A stretch of DNA of 63,412 nucleotides, filler included, from Reticulomyxa filosa (lineage: Eukaryota > Protista > Foraminifera), in the NCBI GenBank assembly GCA_000512085.1. It is 19 parts of 19 records of this genome, joined end to end, with 100 filler letters (N's around TTAATTAATTAA, not from the genome) between each part and the next. Parts side by side here need not be neighbours in the genome. Positions count along the whole stretch, not along the records: positions 49,745 to 60,530 come from ASPP01010412.1; positions 60,631 to 63,412 come from ASPP01022221.1; 17 more parts are not named here. One strand, written 5' to 3'. Shown one piece after another: positions 52,756 through 63,412 of the stretch (its first letter is position 1; every line of letters starts with the position of its first letter). A program made the position numbers and the translations under genes. The notes below the pieces were generated by a model. The model was not told where the DNA came from. It searched no databases and was given only the letters and a program-made list of their open reading frames with translations.

Positions 52756-54357
52756 TTTTTTTCTTCTTCGCCCTGTCTTCAAAAACAACAAAAATCTTTC
52801 TTATACTCTTGGAGAAAAGAAAAAGACAAGCAAAAAATTTTTTTAACCTCTTAAGCTTTAATTAGAGAAATTGATTGGTATGATGTTTTGAGTTTCAGTT
52901 TGAAAACTTTTTTCAAGTCTCGCGTCTTCCTTTTTCGAAGTTTCGTGGAAGTCAAAATCATCCCAAACTAGTCAATATTATTGTTATTTTGCGTATTTCA
53001 ATTAATTTATTTCGTGATACTTTTATGGTGTATTTGGCGCATGAAAACTACTGTTTTTTGCAAATGACAACAAAAAAAATAATTGCAGAAAATTGTAATA
53101 TTTTGGTTAGTGATTGACAGATCCGAAATGTTTACATTTTGAATTATCTCCAACTCAAAAGACAATAATAATAAAATGAAACATTACTGAAAATGTTCGA
53201 GAAATATCCACATACTCACATCCGCAAAGTGAATATGTGATATATGTAACAAAAGAGACTTCATCAAGTCTACACCTTTTTCAATCTATTGTATCATAAC
53301 AATAATAACAAATAGCAATAATAATGTTTGTATTTTTTAACATTGCTTGTGATATGGAATAAGCTCATTTCTTTATTGGCAACGATGTTGTTGCAACTCT
53401 GTCAGATATTTGCAGATCTCCACATTTTGTTACTTTTTCATTTGCAATTTATTTTGTTAGGGTTATTTTACAATTTTCAAGGGGAGGCTATCCTTTTCCA
53501 GAATGCGAATAAAATCTTTAAAACACGTGAACAAAAGACCAGTTTTTTAGTGTTACTATCTGGTAATCCTTTTCTATAATCAATTTAGATTCAGTTTGCA
53601 ATTGAATCTACACTTACAAGCGGTTTTTCTTCTCCTTTTCCATTAATCGATGAAATATTCAAATATTACGAATAGTTTTAGTTTGTGCACCCCTTGCAAG
53701 CGCCTTTCGACTACAGCTATCTTGATGTGCAACTTAATGAATAATAGTCTACGTGGGAGTTGAAAATAAGACTAACGCGCAACAAATGTCGCTAAAGTAA
53801 CGCACAAAGCAAAGTAACTGACTACAACTGCGCACATGATACAGAAACCGCATATGTAATCACAATCAATTTACTGCATTTTGCATGTAAGTTTATCTTG
53901 CCTCACTCAGAAAGACCTAATCGTTTTTATTATTTAATAATAATCAAATTCATGGTACTATATTAAGCATCTTTAGCAAAAGTTTTTGTGTGAAGATTAT
54001 CTTTTGCCATTTAAAAAAATTGTAATTTTTCCAGAAGAATATTTAATATTTGAATCAAATGCAAGTAAAAGCTGGTGTTCTTGTTCGAAAACTGCTTCTC
54101 TTTTTTTTCGGACCTTAAAACTTTAGGCAAGATATGAACGTAGTCAAAAGGCTCTTGACTAAAAGAATTTCGTTTTTGCGTCATGCTGGTTGTTCAGCTT
54201 TTAAACGACCTTGCACTAAAGTGCAGCCTTTTTGCATTCAGCAATTCACTCGTTTTACAGCAGAGCACCGTCGGTGTGTCTGAAACGATTTTTTTTTTCA
54301 AAGCTTTTTTTTTTTAAGAAAGTCATACATTTAACGGCAATAAAAAAAAACAGAATA

Positions 54358-54926
54358 ATGAACTATGAGCTCAAAACCCTAAACGAGAGAGTGCGAACAC
54401 TTGAAAGCCAATGGGGAGCCAACGTAGGTCTAGTGCACCACAATAAAGAACCACTTCTCAAGTTCCCCCAATAAAAAAAGTTCATTAGAGAGTTGATAAA
54501 GAGGGGGGGGGAAGGAGTGTACTTTTTTTTTCCCCCTCCTTTCCTAATGTCTCCCCCCTTTTTTTTTTTGTTTGAACCCTTGAAAAAGCGAAGCAACATT
54601 GTCGAACCAAAGCCAAGGAAATCAGTACGAAAAAGATGAATTGGTGCAATTTAGTTTCGTTTTTTTTGTTTAACTTTTGTAACATTGTTTTTTTGTATGG
54701 ATATGCACACATGTATATGCGTATGTACGTTGTGGGATGATGAACCCCAGAACAAATGCTATTACGAGAAAAGGAAGAATTCGAAAGAAATTTGAAACAC
54801 TTCGAAATGGCCCGAAAGGAGCTCGAACAAGAGAAAAAACTGTTGAACGAAGCGCGACAAAAGTTGACCGCTGTGCAACAAGAATGGAACAAAAAGATGA
54901 GCAACGTGTTGGAATGGGGGGTTTAA
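54358..54926 (+). CDS. Small coiled-coil protein; exon structure uncertain
   Basis: MNYELKTLNERVRTLESQW and EQMLLREKEEFERNLKHFEMARKELEQEKKLLNEARQKL...*. Confidence 0.4.
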
Positions 54927-55378
54927 AATTTTACATAGTTGTTTTGTTTGTTAAAAGAGAATAATACTTAAAATATCATCGCAGCATCACAATGGCAACA
55001 CAATAGAAAAATAATAAAAGGATGTTTTATAAGAAATTTTTTTTTGTTGTGTGCAAAATCAAAAATTTGCTTCTATTGTTGTTGGGTCCATTGCATGATT
55101 AAATAAACTTGTACACTTTGTTTTTATAAATATCTATCTCATTCTTTGCTTCGATTTACTAAAAAAAAAAAAATGCGAACGTATTAACTTTTCAACTAAA
55201 AATAAAGTGTAAAAGATTTTTTTTTACAGGTAAACTCTTATGTGCTAATCTTCCTTCATTTATGTTTATTTCACGTTTCATGAAGTTTGAAATGCAATAA
55301 GCTGTACAATAACGAAAGAGACCGGTTAACGTCCGGGAAGAAAAGGGTTTTTTTTTGGAAAAAGACTTTATTGCTAAA

Positions 55379-56936
55379 ATGATATTATTACTCGAATTTT
55401 TTACGATCTTGTTTGCCTTTGAGGGTTATGTGATTATTCGCTTCAAATTCCCCCATTCGCTCAATGACAACCAATTTTACATATTCCGTATGGTCTTGGT
55501 AGCAGTGGGTATGTTGTTAGTAGCGAGACAACTTTGGGCGTTGGCATGCCAGTTAACGAAAAAACCTGAGAGCAAAGAATATCCACAAGAGCGCCCAGCC
55601 GAGGTTGTTATTTGCATTTTTGCTTTCCTTTTTTTTTTTTTTTTTTTCTCTCTCACAAACAAATGGAAGTGGAAGTTGCGTCAATGACAAATCGCACTAC
55701 TAGGAAATCCCTGCCGACGAAGCAAAGTCAGATTGGAACAATTGGAGATTGGAGTTGCTCTATTTGGACTGCCTCTTCTTTTTTTAAAACTTTTTTCTTT
55801 CTTTCTTTCTTTCTTTGAACTCGCATTTGAATTTGTCGCATTGCATAACAAATGCATTAATAAATAATAAATAATAAATAATAAATAATAATTTGTCACA
55901 CAATCACACAGCGCACAAGAATCCACCGAAACAGATTCTGCCAAGGTTTCTACCCTCGAAAGGTTAATCTACATTTACATGTGTATACACATATATAAAC
56001 ATAAACATAAATGTAAATGTAAATGTAAAGTTGAACTGATTGTAATGTGCTGATAATTGTGATAAAACAAACTGTTTAGAGACTTGAAGAATACCCAACT
56101 AGAATTGGAATTTGCACACAAGTTTTTTATTTTTTCGCTCTATTTTTTTTTTTTTAGGAATGGAGCCACTGAGAAAGAAATTTCATGCATCTTCAATCAC
56201 TATTTGCAAAAACAAACCAAACAAATAATAATGTCGAATATAGACGAGAAGAAGACACGGCACAGCAATTACGACAATTGTGAGATTTGTATAAATGAGA
56301 AAGGGTTCAAAACAAACTCAAACTACTTTGCTATATACACATATATGTATATGCATATACATATATTGTACATATATACATATATACATATATACATATA
56401 TATATATATATATGTATATGTATGTATGTATTGTCAAAATAGGAAAGAAGAACACAGAATGCTTGAGTTATGTCGAAATCTTATTCGACAAATTACTCTG
56501 TCTTTTTGTTTTGTGTTTGCAAATGCGTATGATTGAACAAAGTAAACACGTTTGAAAAATGAAACATGTGCACAAATACATTCAGCAAGGATTTGAAAGC
56601 AGCACAACCTTTTAGAGAGTTTGGAATGCTTTGCACACACACACACACATCCACAAACGATTTTTTTTTTTTTTTTTTTTTTTTTTGTTTTTTGGAATGA
56701 TTCGGCCAAACGTAGATAAACATGCAAACACATGACAAACTCTAACAGTAAGTTCGAAGCAATGAAAAAAGAACGCGACAAGGAAGTCCGAGACAAAGAA
56801 TTTTGGCACTTGTTAACATATATATTTTTGGATCACAAAAAAAAAAAAAAAAAAAAAAAAAGGATACAATATTATAATTCATCTCAATGCAATCCTTTTT
56901 TATTTGTAATGAAATAGACAATATGAAAACGCAATG
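55379..56936 (+). CDS. Hypothetical 2-TM plus coiled-coil protein with many short exons
   Basis: Two hydrophobic helices in exon 1; short downstream exons are separated by microsatellite-rich introns. Confidence 0.35.
56331..56430. repeat. Intronic TA/TACA/TATG microsatellite
   Basis: About 100 nt of alternating purine-pyrimidine. Similar tracts lie in introns at ~2235, ~5370, ~11720, ~39520 and ~49850. Confidence 0.85.
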
Positions 56937-58574
56937 AAAGAATTAGATGTCTTGAAGTTGTGTTTTGTCCAATACAGAAACACACAATCTCATATCAATG
57001 CTAAAATTGCTCTTCACTTATTTTTTTTAAAAACATCCTTACTTCCTTTTCATTCGGTAAAAAAAAAAAAAGTTAAACAAGTTTGGCGAATTGATGAAAA
57101 TAGAAAAGAAAAACCAGTGGATGACATTCCTCCACGTGAAATAGGAGATATCAACTATGGAGATGAATTGAATGAACAGTAAAGTGTCAATTGACTCACG
57201 TGGTTATTTACACTCCTACTTTCCTCAACATTGAAGCTTTCTTTAGTTTCGATTTTTTTTTGAATAATTTCAACTTGGGGCAAGAATATGAGAGTTCTTT
57301 TTCAACGCATTCACAAAAACTCAAAAAAAAAAAAAAAAACAAAACAAAAATACTTCTAATTTTTGCATTCCATCTCTGTAGCGTTTATTCTTTTTCTTTG
57401 GACGATCCAGATCTCCATCCTTACAAAAGTCAACTACAGTTATGTGCATTAAATTTACTTTTGTAGATTATTGATATGCCACTATATATTCTTTGTTTGG
57501 TTTCTCTCGCTTGTCTTGAAAAATCGGTCATAATATCATTTTATGTGTTTTTTGTAACATCAGTATAAGGATATTTTTGCAAAATTTCAAAAGTTATATG
57601 AAAAGGGCTTTTTAACTTTAAAAAAATGCATGTAAGAATTACAATTTCGAATATAGAAAAAAATGAATGCTATAGAGTTAAATGGATAAACATTTGATAT
57701 AATCAAAGAAAAATCGATCGTCCAATTGATCGTGAAACTCTTTTAGTCAAGTAACGATTTGTATTGACGATTTTCTTCAGGCGTCGTTCTAACTGGTCTT
57801 AATCGATGCGATTATTGGATGTAACTAAAACTTTTTTCATAAAACAAACACACAAACAGAACACGAAGCGGACTTCGAGGAACTCGAGGTGCCGAATATA
57901 TAAATAAAAATAAAAAAAAAAAAATATATTTGTGAATGCAGCTTGACTTAACTGCATTAACAATAGATATATAATTTAAATTTTATTTTAAAATTATATG
58001 ATCCAAATCAGAGATGTCGCCAAGTGTTCTAAATCATCACACCAAATTTTTATTAAAATTAATTATATGTAGAAAAAGATAAAACGAAACTTTCAAACTA
58101 AACGCTCATTGGTGTAAACATTTGTAGAGCTTTCAATGTTATATATTTTGACACCTAGATCAAATCTTAAAGTGGACAGTATATTATTTGCGGTTGGATG
58201 AAACTAACAGTTTGTCGTTTTTTTGTTTTGTCCTTCCAGTACTACAGTTGGTTCCGTAATCTATTAAAGTTTCAATACACAATTTATAATTTTCGATTAA
58301 AAATTCGAATTCACAAAGAGACAATCAAGAAAATGAAATAAAAGACAAGGCAGTTTTATCTTTGTTTTTTTCCCAGTTCAACAAGGTTTTGCCGAGCATT
58401 TTGGATTTCAACTTCATTTTTTTAATGCCTTTTTGTTTTATCTCAAAGAAAACGAAAGAATCACATTCGCTAAATTTTTTTTTTGCTTTACACAATCTTT
58501 CTTTTTCTGTAGCGTATATCGCATAGTGACACACAAAGAGGAAAAATTTCATAATTAAAAAAAAAATCAAAATA

Positions 58575-59500
58575 GGCTGCGGCCGGTGCAATAACCAGAC
58601 AGCTTGTTGCATAATTACTTGTGTATGATAGATATTGCGGCGCCGACACTGGTATACATGGGCATTTACGCTGCAACGCTTATCAGTGTGTTGAGTGTGC
58701 AGTTATGCGCTTTAAGAGTGATCATGTCGGTGGCTAACGACAATGTATTACCCATCATCAAGGTGTTTGGCAAGACCAATTACAAAAGTGACCCGGTAGC
58801 CTCGGCAGTGACGTGTTTTGGCATTTCACTTATGTGTGTTTTCATCGGTGATTTGAGTGTTGTTCCACTCTTGCCTGCACAAGTTTTTTTTTTGTGGTAT
58901 GAACTTTTCATGAAGCATTGAAACTTATGATTGATACGTTGTCAAGAGGAAGGAAAGAGGACGGGGAAAGGGAAAATTAGCTTTGCTTTTGCGTAATGTC
59001 ATATTTATTTGTCGCTGTTGTTTTAACAGTTTTTTTTGGAACGTTACGACTTCATATCACTAGATTGTTTTGTGGTAAGCATTAGCCATTCGTCCGCGTG
59101 GCGTCTATCTTTTCGTTACTACCACAAATACATGGCTTTGTTGGGGTTTGTGCTTTGCTTTGGTCTGATGACTGCTACATCATGGTACGCGATAGTGCTT
59201 TTGGCATGGCAAAAATCTGTGCGTATGTGTTGTACAAAAAACCAAATGTATACTGGGGATACGCTTTGGACACCAGAGCGAAATACAAAGTTTTATTTTT
59301 TAATAAAAACAACATTTTTTTTGACTTTTTTTTTAAAAAGGCAAATGAAGCAGCGTTGGATTTTGTTCAATACAAATATCACGTGAGAAACTATCAACAC
59401 TAGTTTTTGGTATTGACGGACAACTCAAAGTCGAGATTGCCGTTGGTCAAGTTTGCTCACACACTGTAACATGGAAATGGCACGATAATGTATGGAAAGA
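58575..59500 (+). pseudogene. SLC12 cation-chloride cotransporter pseudogene
   Basis: GIYAATL...ANDNVLP...FIGDL...FFL; AWRLSFRYY; VYWG; HVRNYQH*FLVLT...RLPLVKF...L*HG. In-frame TAG at 59401 and TAA at 59467, plus frameshifts. Confidence 0.78.
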
Positions 59501-60033
59501 GGTACTGTGTGGAGCGTTTCAGGACAAAACAAATATGCTACATTTTATTGCCATTGCATCAAACGCAAAACAATAGAACTACGAACAAGGTCCAAAATTT
59601 TTGAAAAAAGCGCAAGTTTCAAATTAATGCACTAAGACAAATGTTAGTGCATGCCAAATTCAATAAAATAAAGAAATTAATCGATTATTGTAAACTAATT
59701 ATCGTTTAAACTATCAAGACTTTAATGCTAAAAGTGCAAGCTCAAATACAACGCTATATTTGCAATTAAAAACAACATCATGGGCTATATGAAATCAGTT
59801 ATTAGTCCGTGCATGGGCTGTCAATTGTATTCATAAAAAAAATTGCTGCAAAGCTTAAAACACAAGGTAAAACCAATTTGAGTATCATTATGATTGATCT
59901 AAGCTGCATATTTGTGCAAACGTAAGTGTTAAAAAATAGAACAAAAATGAAAATGATACAATATTGAAAAAATTAGTAAAAGCAAGCAAAATATCAAATT
60001 ATATTAATGTCAAAAACTAAAGCAGCAACATTT

Positions 60034-60138
60034 AAAAAAAAGAAGGGAAAAGCGAAAAAGAAAATGTTTGATTCAGGCGGCGCCATTGGCGCCGCCTGAA
60101 ATAAACGTTTTCTTTTTGCTTTTGTCTTCTTTTTTTTT
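60034..60138. repeat. Inverted repeat (fold-back) with a perfect GC-rich core
   Basis: TTCAGGCGGCGCCA-T-TGGCGCCGCCTGAA at 60072-60100, extended by imperfect A-rich and T-rich arms to ~52 bp each. Confidence 0.9.
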
Positions 60139-60174
60139 CCTATATTGAAATACATCTTCAATTTAAAAAATAAA

Positions 60175-60530
60175 TCATCCCCAAATACGAATGTTACCTT
60201 TGACTGAACCATAACACAAATCCAAATCATATGTAACATTATTTGTCTTATCTTTCTTTTTCAAAACAATAAATTTAACACATGATATTCCATTATCTTC
60301 TTTCTTATCTCCATCAATCACATATAATTCATCTTTATTTGATCGAATATCCCAAAATCGAATTGTATTATCATTTGATCCAGAACATATCACATTTGAA
60401 TTAATAATATTATTCTTTATTGCAAATGGTGAATATTCAACAGACAGCAAATAATTTGTATGTCCATTGAACACTTGAGTTTGTTTACCAGATCGAACAT
60501 CCCACAAACGAACACTTTTATCTTCTGATC
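60175..60530 (-). CDS. WD40-repeat protein C-terminus, lineage-expanded family
   Basis: VRLWDVRSGKQTQVFNGH...VICSGSNDNTIRFWDIRS...GNIRIWG*. Confidence 0.9.
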
Positions 60531-61199
60531 NNNNNNNNNNNNNNNNNNNNNNNNNNNNNNNNNNNNNNNNNNNNTTAATTAATTAANNNNNNNNNNNNNN
60601 NNNNNNNNNNNNNNNNNNNNNNNNNNNNNNCAATTTCAGTTTGGTCTCCAAAAAAAAAAAAGGGTGAGTACGATTTGCAAGAGAAAGCGTTTTAATCAAT
60701 AGTACTATTGTAGAGTTGTCAAATATTGTTTGACTTTATTCAATCAAAAAGATTTAAAAGTCTTTGTTTAATTAAAAAAAAGGCAGTCTTGGACAAAACA
60801 AAACACATTACACAAATGATACATCCAACTGAAAAAGACAAAAAATTTTTTTTCAATCGTTGTGCTAATTTCTTAAAGCACAAAACAAAAAAGGATTCAC
60901 AAATTGAATTAGAATCCACTATCAACACACAAGAAGCACGAAACACGCATCATGTGGCAGGCAGCAAATCATACAAGTGGTCTCGCAATGTGTTCCACCA
61001 TATAAACACGCTTTTTGGTGCTCTGTTTTCGATATCCCACAACATGCTACAAACCGTGCGCAACTTAAATAACCGTCGTGTTCTTTCAATCTGTATAGCC
61101 CCTTTTTTTTAAAAAAATTTCAATCAAACAATAATTATTTTTTTTTAGTTTTAGTTGTTCCTTCCACTTTTTTTTTTTTACCCCCTTCCCCAATTAAAG

Positions 61200-61651
61200 A
61201 TGTGCAAATTTCTTCAGATGGTACAAAAATTGTGTCAGCATCCGCTGATGAAACCATTAGGATTTGGGATTTGGCTTCAGGATGCTGTCTCAGAGAATTA
61301 ATAGGACATTCAATTTTTGTGAAGAAAGCATAATTTTCACCTGACGATACAGCAATTGTATCTTGCTCACTTGATGGAACAATAAGAATATGGGATGTGA
61401 TGTCAGGGAAACAAGTACAAAAATTTCATGAACACAGTTGGCCAGATGATGTGAAATATCTTCCAGATGGGCAAACTATTATTTCATCTTTTGCTTCTGG
61501 TGTATTTCGGGTCTATGATATAAAATTAAGAAAAGAAACACAGACATGGGCAGGACATCGTAGACTTACGACGTTGATTGATATTTCTCCAAATGCTTGT
61601 GTATTTGCATCTTGTTCTCATGATTCAAAAATACATTTGTGGATAGGGTAA
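61200..61651 (+). pseudogene. WD40-repeat gene with an in-frame stop
   Basis: SSDGTKIVSASADETIRIWD...GHSIFVKKA*FSPDD...IWDVMSG; TAA at 61331. Confidence 0.75.
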
Positions 61652-63094
61652 CGATAAATTGAAGACTTTTAAATCCAAATAAAATATTTATTACAATCAA
61701 TTTACGATAGACCATATTATAAGCTGAAAACAATACATTGTCACATGTTGTATGTCTTTCGTATTTCTCCAAATATTTGCAATATGCTTTTTCAGTTTTT
61801 GCTAATTCGGGTATACTCTTTAAATTCCAATTGGAAATAGCCATACGCTTGTTCACCAATGTTAATCGAATTTCACTTCCAATTTGAAACAGTATTGAAA
61901 TGGTCGTAATATTTTAATAAAATCATAAAAGTGATTTACACAACAAGTTTAAGTATTTTTTTTAAAGAAGATCAAACGTCTAGTTCAAGCTAACCTTATA
62001 TATACCAAATTGCATCACTTCATTAAAAGATGAAGAATAAAACTGTTATATATCACAATAATATTCATATATGCATTATCTATCTTTTAAGAAAATAATA
62101 AGTCAAAAATAAAATTAATAATTATATATTATATATAATATGTTTTCTTTGCATATTGATTTCTTGTTTACACGTTCTCATATTAAATCGTAATTTTAGT
62201 TTTCTTTTACTTGAAAGTATTGCTTTCAATTTGTTTTCAATTGATTGCTTTAATATAAACATTGAACAATCAATACAAAGATCATGTAGTTATAAGCTTA
62301 CAACATATATTACCAAAATAAAAGATGAATATGTGAAATCTACTTACTCAAGCGTTACCATATATCACAAAAACTTTACATAACTTGTTTTGATATAATC
62401 TTTTCTTTATATATGTGGCAGTCCAAAAAAAGACAACCATTTCATAGAAACAGACTATTTGAGTATGATTCAATCAAAAGGGACCAAATTTCTAAAAAAT
62501 TGCACAATAGGAGATTTATTCAGGCCCTTTTTTTTGCTGACCGTAAATGGCACATAATTATTTCAGCTATTCTTTACATCATTTATTTGCATTTTCTACG
62601 ATGCACACCAATCTTATTTAATTTGCAATTTGTTTTTTTTAGGATCCAAAAATATGTTGTCCCGGTCTATTAACAGATAACAATTGGATGGTATGGTTTA
62701 TCTACAATCAATTGAAACAATACAGTGTTGTGCATTTATTCTTTTCAATGAGTATAACAAAGTGTGGAAAAAAGTGACAAAAATATCGTTCGGTTCCACT
62801 ATCCAAAAAATACACATTAATTTTAGTCGTTGAACAAAGTTCAATAATTTTTTTTTGAAAAAGGACCAAACGTTTTTGTTTTCGATTCCTTAAAAAAGTC
62901 GAAAACATTTGTATATAGTCCGCAGGACGTAAGATTTTGTCGTTACAAAACGCATTAAACAAATTGGTCGAGTTTTATTGCTTGTTTAAGGAAAAGAACA
63001 ACCAATTTGAGAAGGGAAAAAAGTGTGTGGGGGGAAAAAACAACGTCAAAGGGGGGATGTCATTATTCACAAATACGTCCAGCTTATTGCATTT

Positions 63095-63405
63095 CTATGC
63101 TGTGGTGTTGGTGTCAAGGACAACTCCATCGGGGTTCTGAGGGGCATCAGCAACTTCAAAAATTTCAGATTCAGGAGCTTTGCCATCGGCTTGAGCATTT
63201 TTAATGAATGTATTATACAAAATACCGGCACAAGCGCCACCAGTGAATTCCGCAATCCAAAAGACGTAAAAGTGGTAAACGTAAAAGGGTTCGTTTTTAC
63301 CAGCAGCAGCAGAGGCAGCACAGACAGCCCCAACCCAAACTGCTGGATTGATGATACATCCACTGATACTACCAACAGTGTAGGCGGACAACATCAAAGT
63401 TGTAC
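63095..63405 (-). CDS. Aquaporin/MIP family protein, last exon
   Basis: VGSISGCIINPAVW...YVFWIAEFTGGACAGILY contains the second NPA box and TM6. Confidence 0.9.
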
Positions 63406-63412
63406 CTTTTTT

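Noticed and set aside
61331-61333. TAA/TAG read as Gln (alternative genetic code), suggested by in-frame stops here and at 59401
   Set aside because: Conserved genes end properly at TAA (GT60, vWA, SUV3) and TAG (Tctex-1, Kelch, aquaporin), and long conserved exons have no internal TAR.
1-63412. Operon, defence island, CRISPR, rRNA or tRNA
   Set aside because: These are unlinked eukaryotic contigs. I recognised no repeat-spacer array or structural RNA gene by eye.

Overview
This is not a continuous locus. It is 19 short, AT-rich eukaryotic draft contigs joined by 18 artificial 100-nt linkers (N44-TTAATTAATTAA-N44), so adjacency across a linker means nothing. Genes carry short GT-AG introns, often with A-tract acceptors. 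The expanded WD40, Kelch and PUB-like families resemble those I recall from the foraminiferan Reticulomyxa filosa (Rhizaria); this is an inference, not a database result. Recognisable genes: POC1, a CCDC17-like zinc-finger/coiled-coil gene, VPS26C/DSCR3, a CPYC glutaredoxin, an SLC45/SUC-type transporter fragment, an EEP-domain C-terminus, a Kelch propeller, an archaeal-type vWA protein, a GT60 GlcNAc-transferase, a GRK/RGS N-terminus, SUV3 helicase, a Tctex-1 dynein light chain, an aquaporin C-terminus and three WD40 genes. There are also decayed CAP-Gly and SLC12 copies. The most notable observation is a ~33-aa module (I/V-I-E-H-W-x-R-x7-W-x2-E/D-x-N-x2-I-x2-Y/F) on its own phase-0 exon, fused N-terminally to a WD40 propeller and C-terminally to a Kelch propeller. 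Also notable are a ~105-bp fold-back element with a GGCGCCGCC core and repeated single-base frameshifts in otherwise intact genes.
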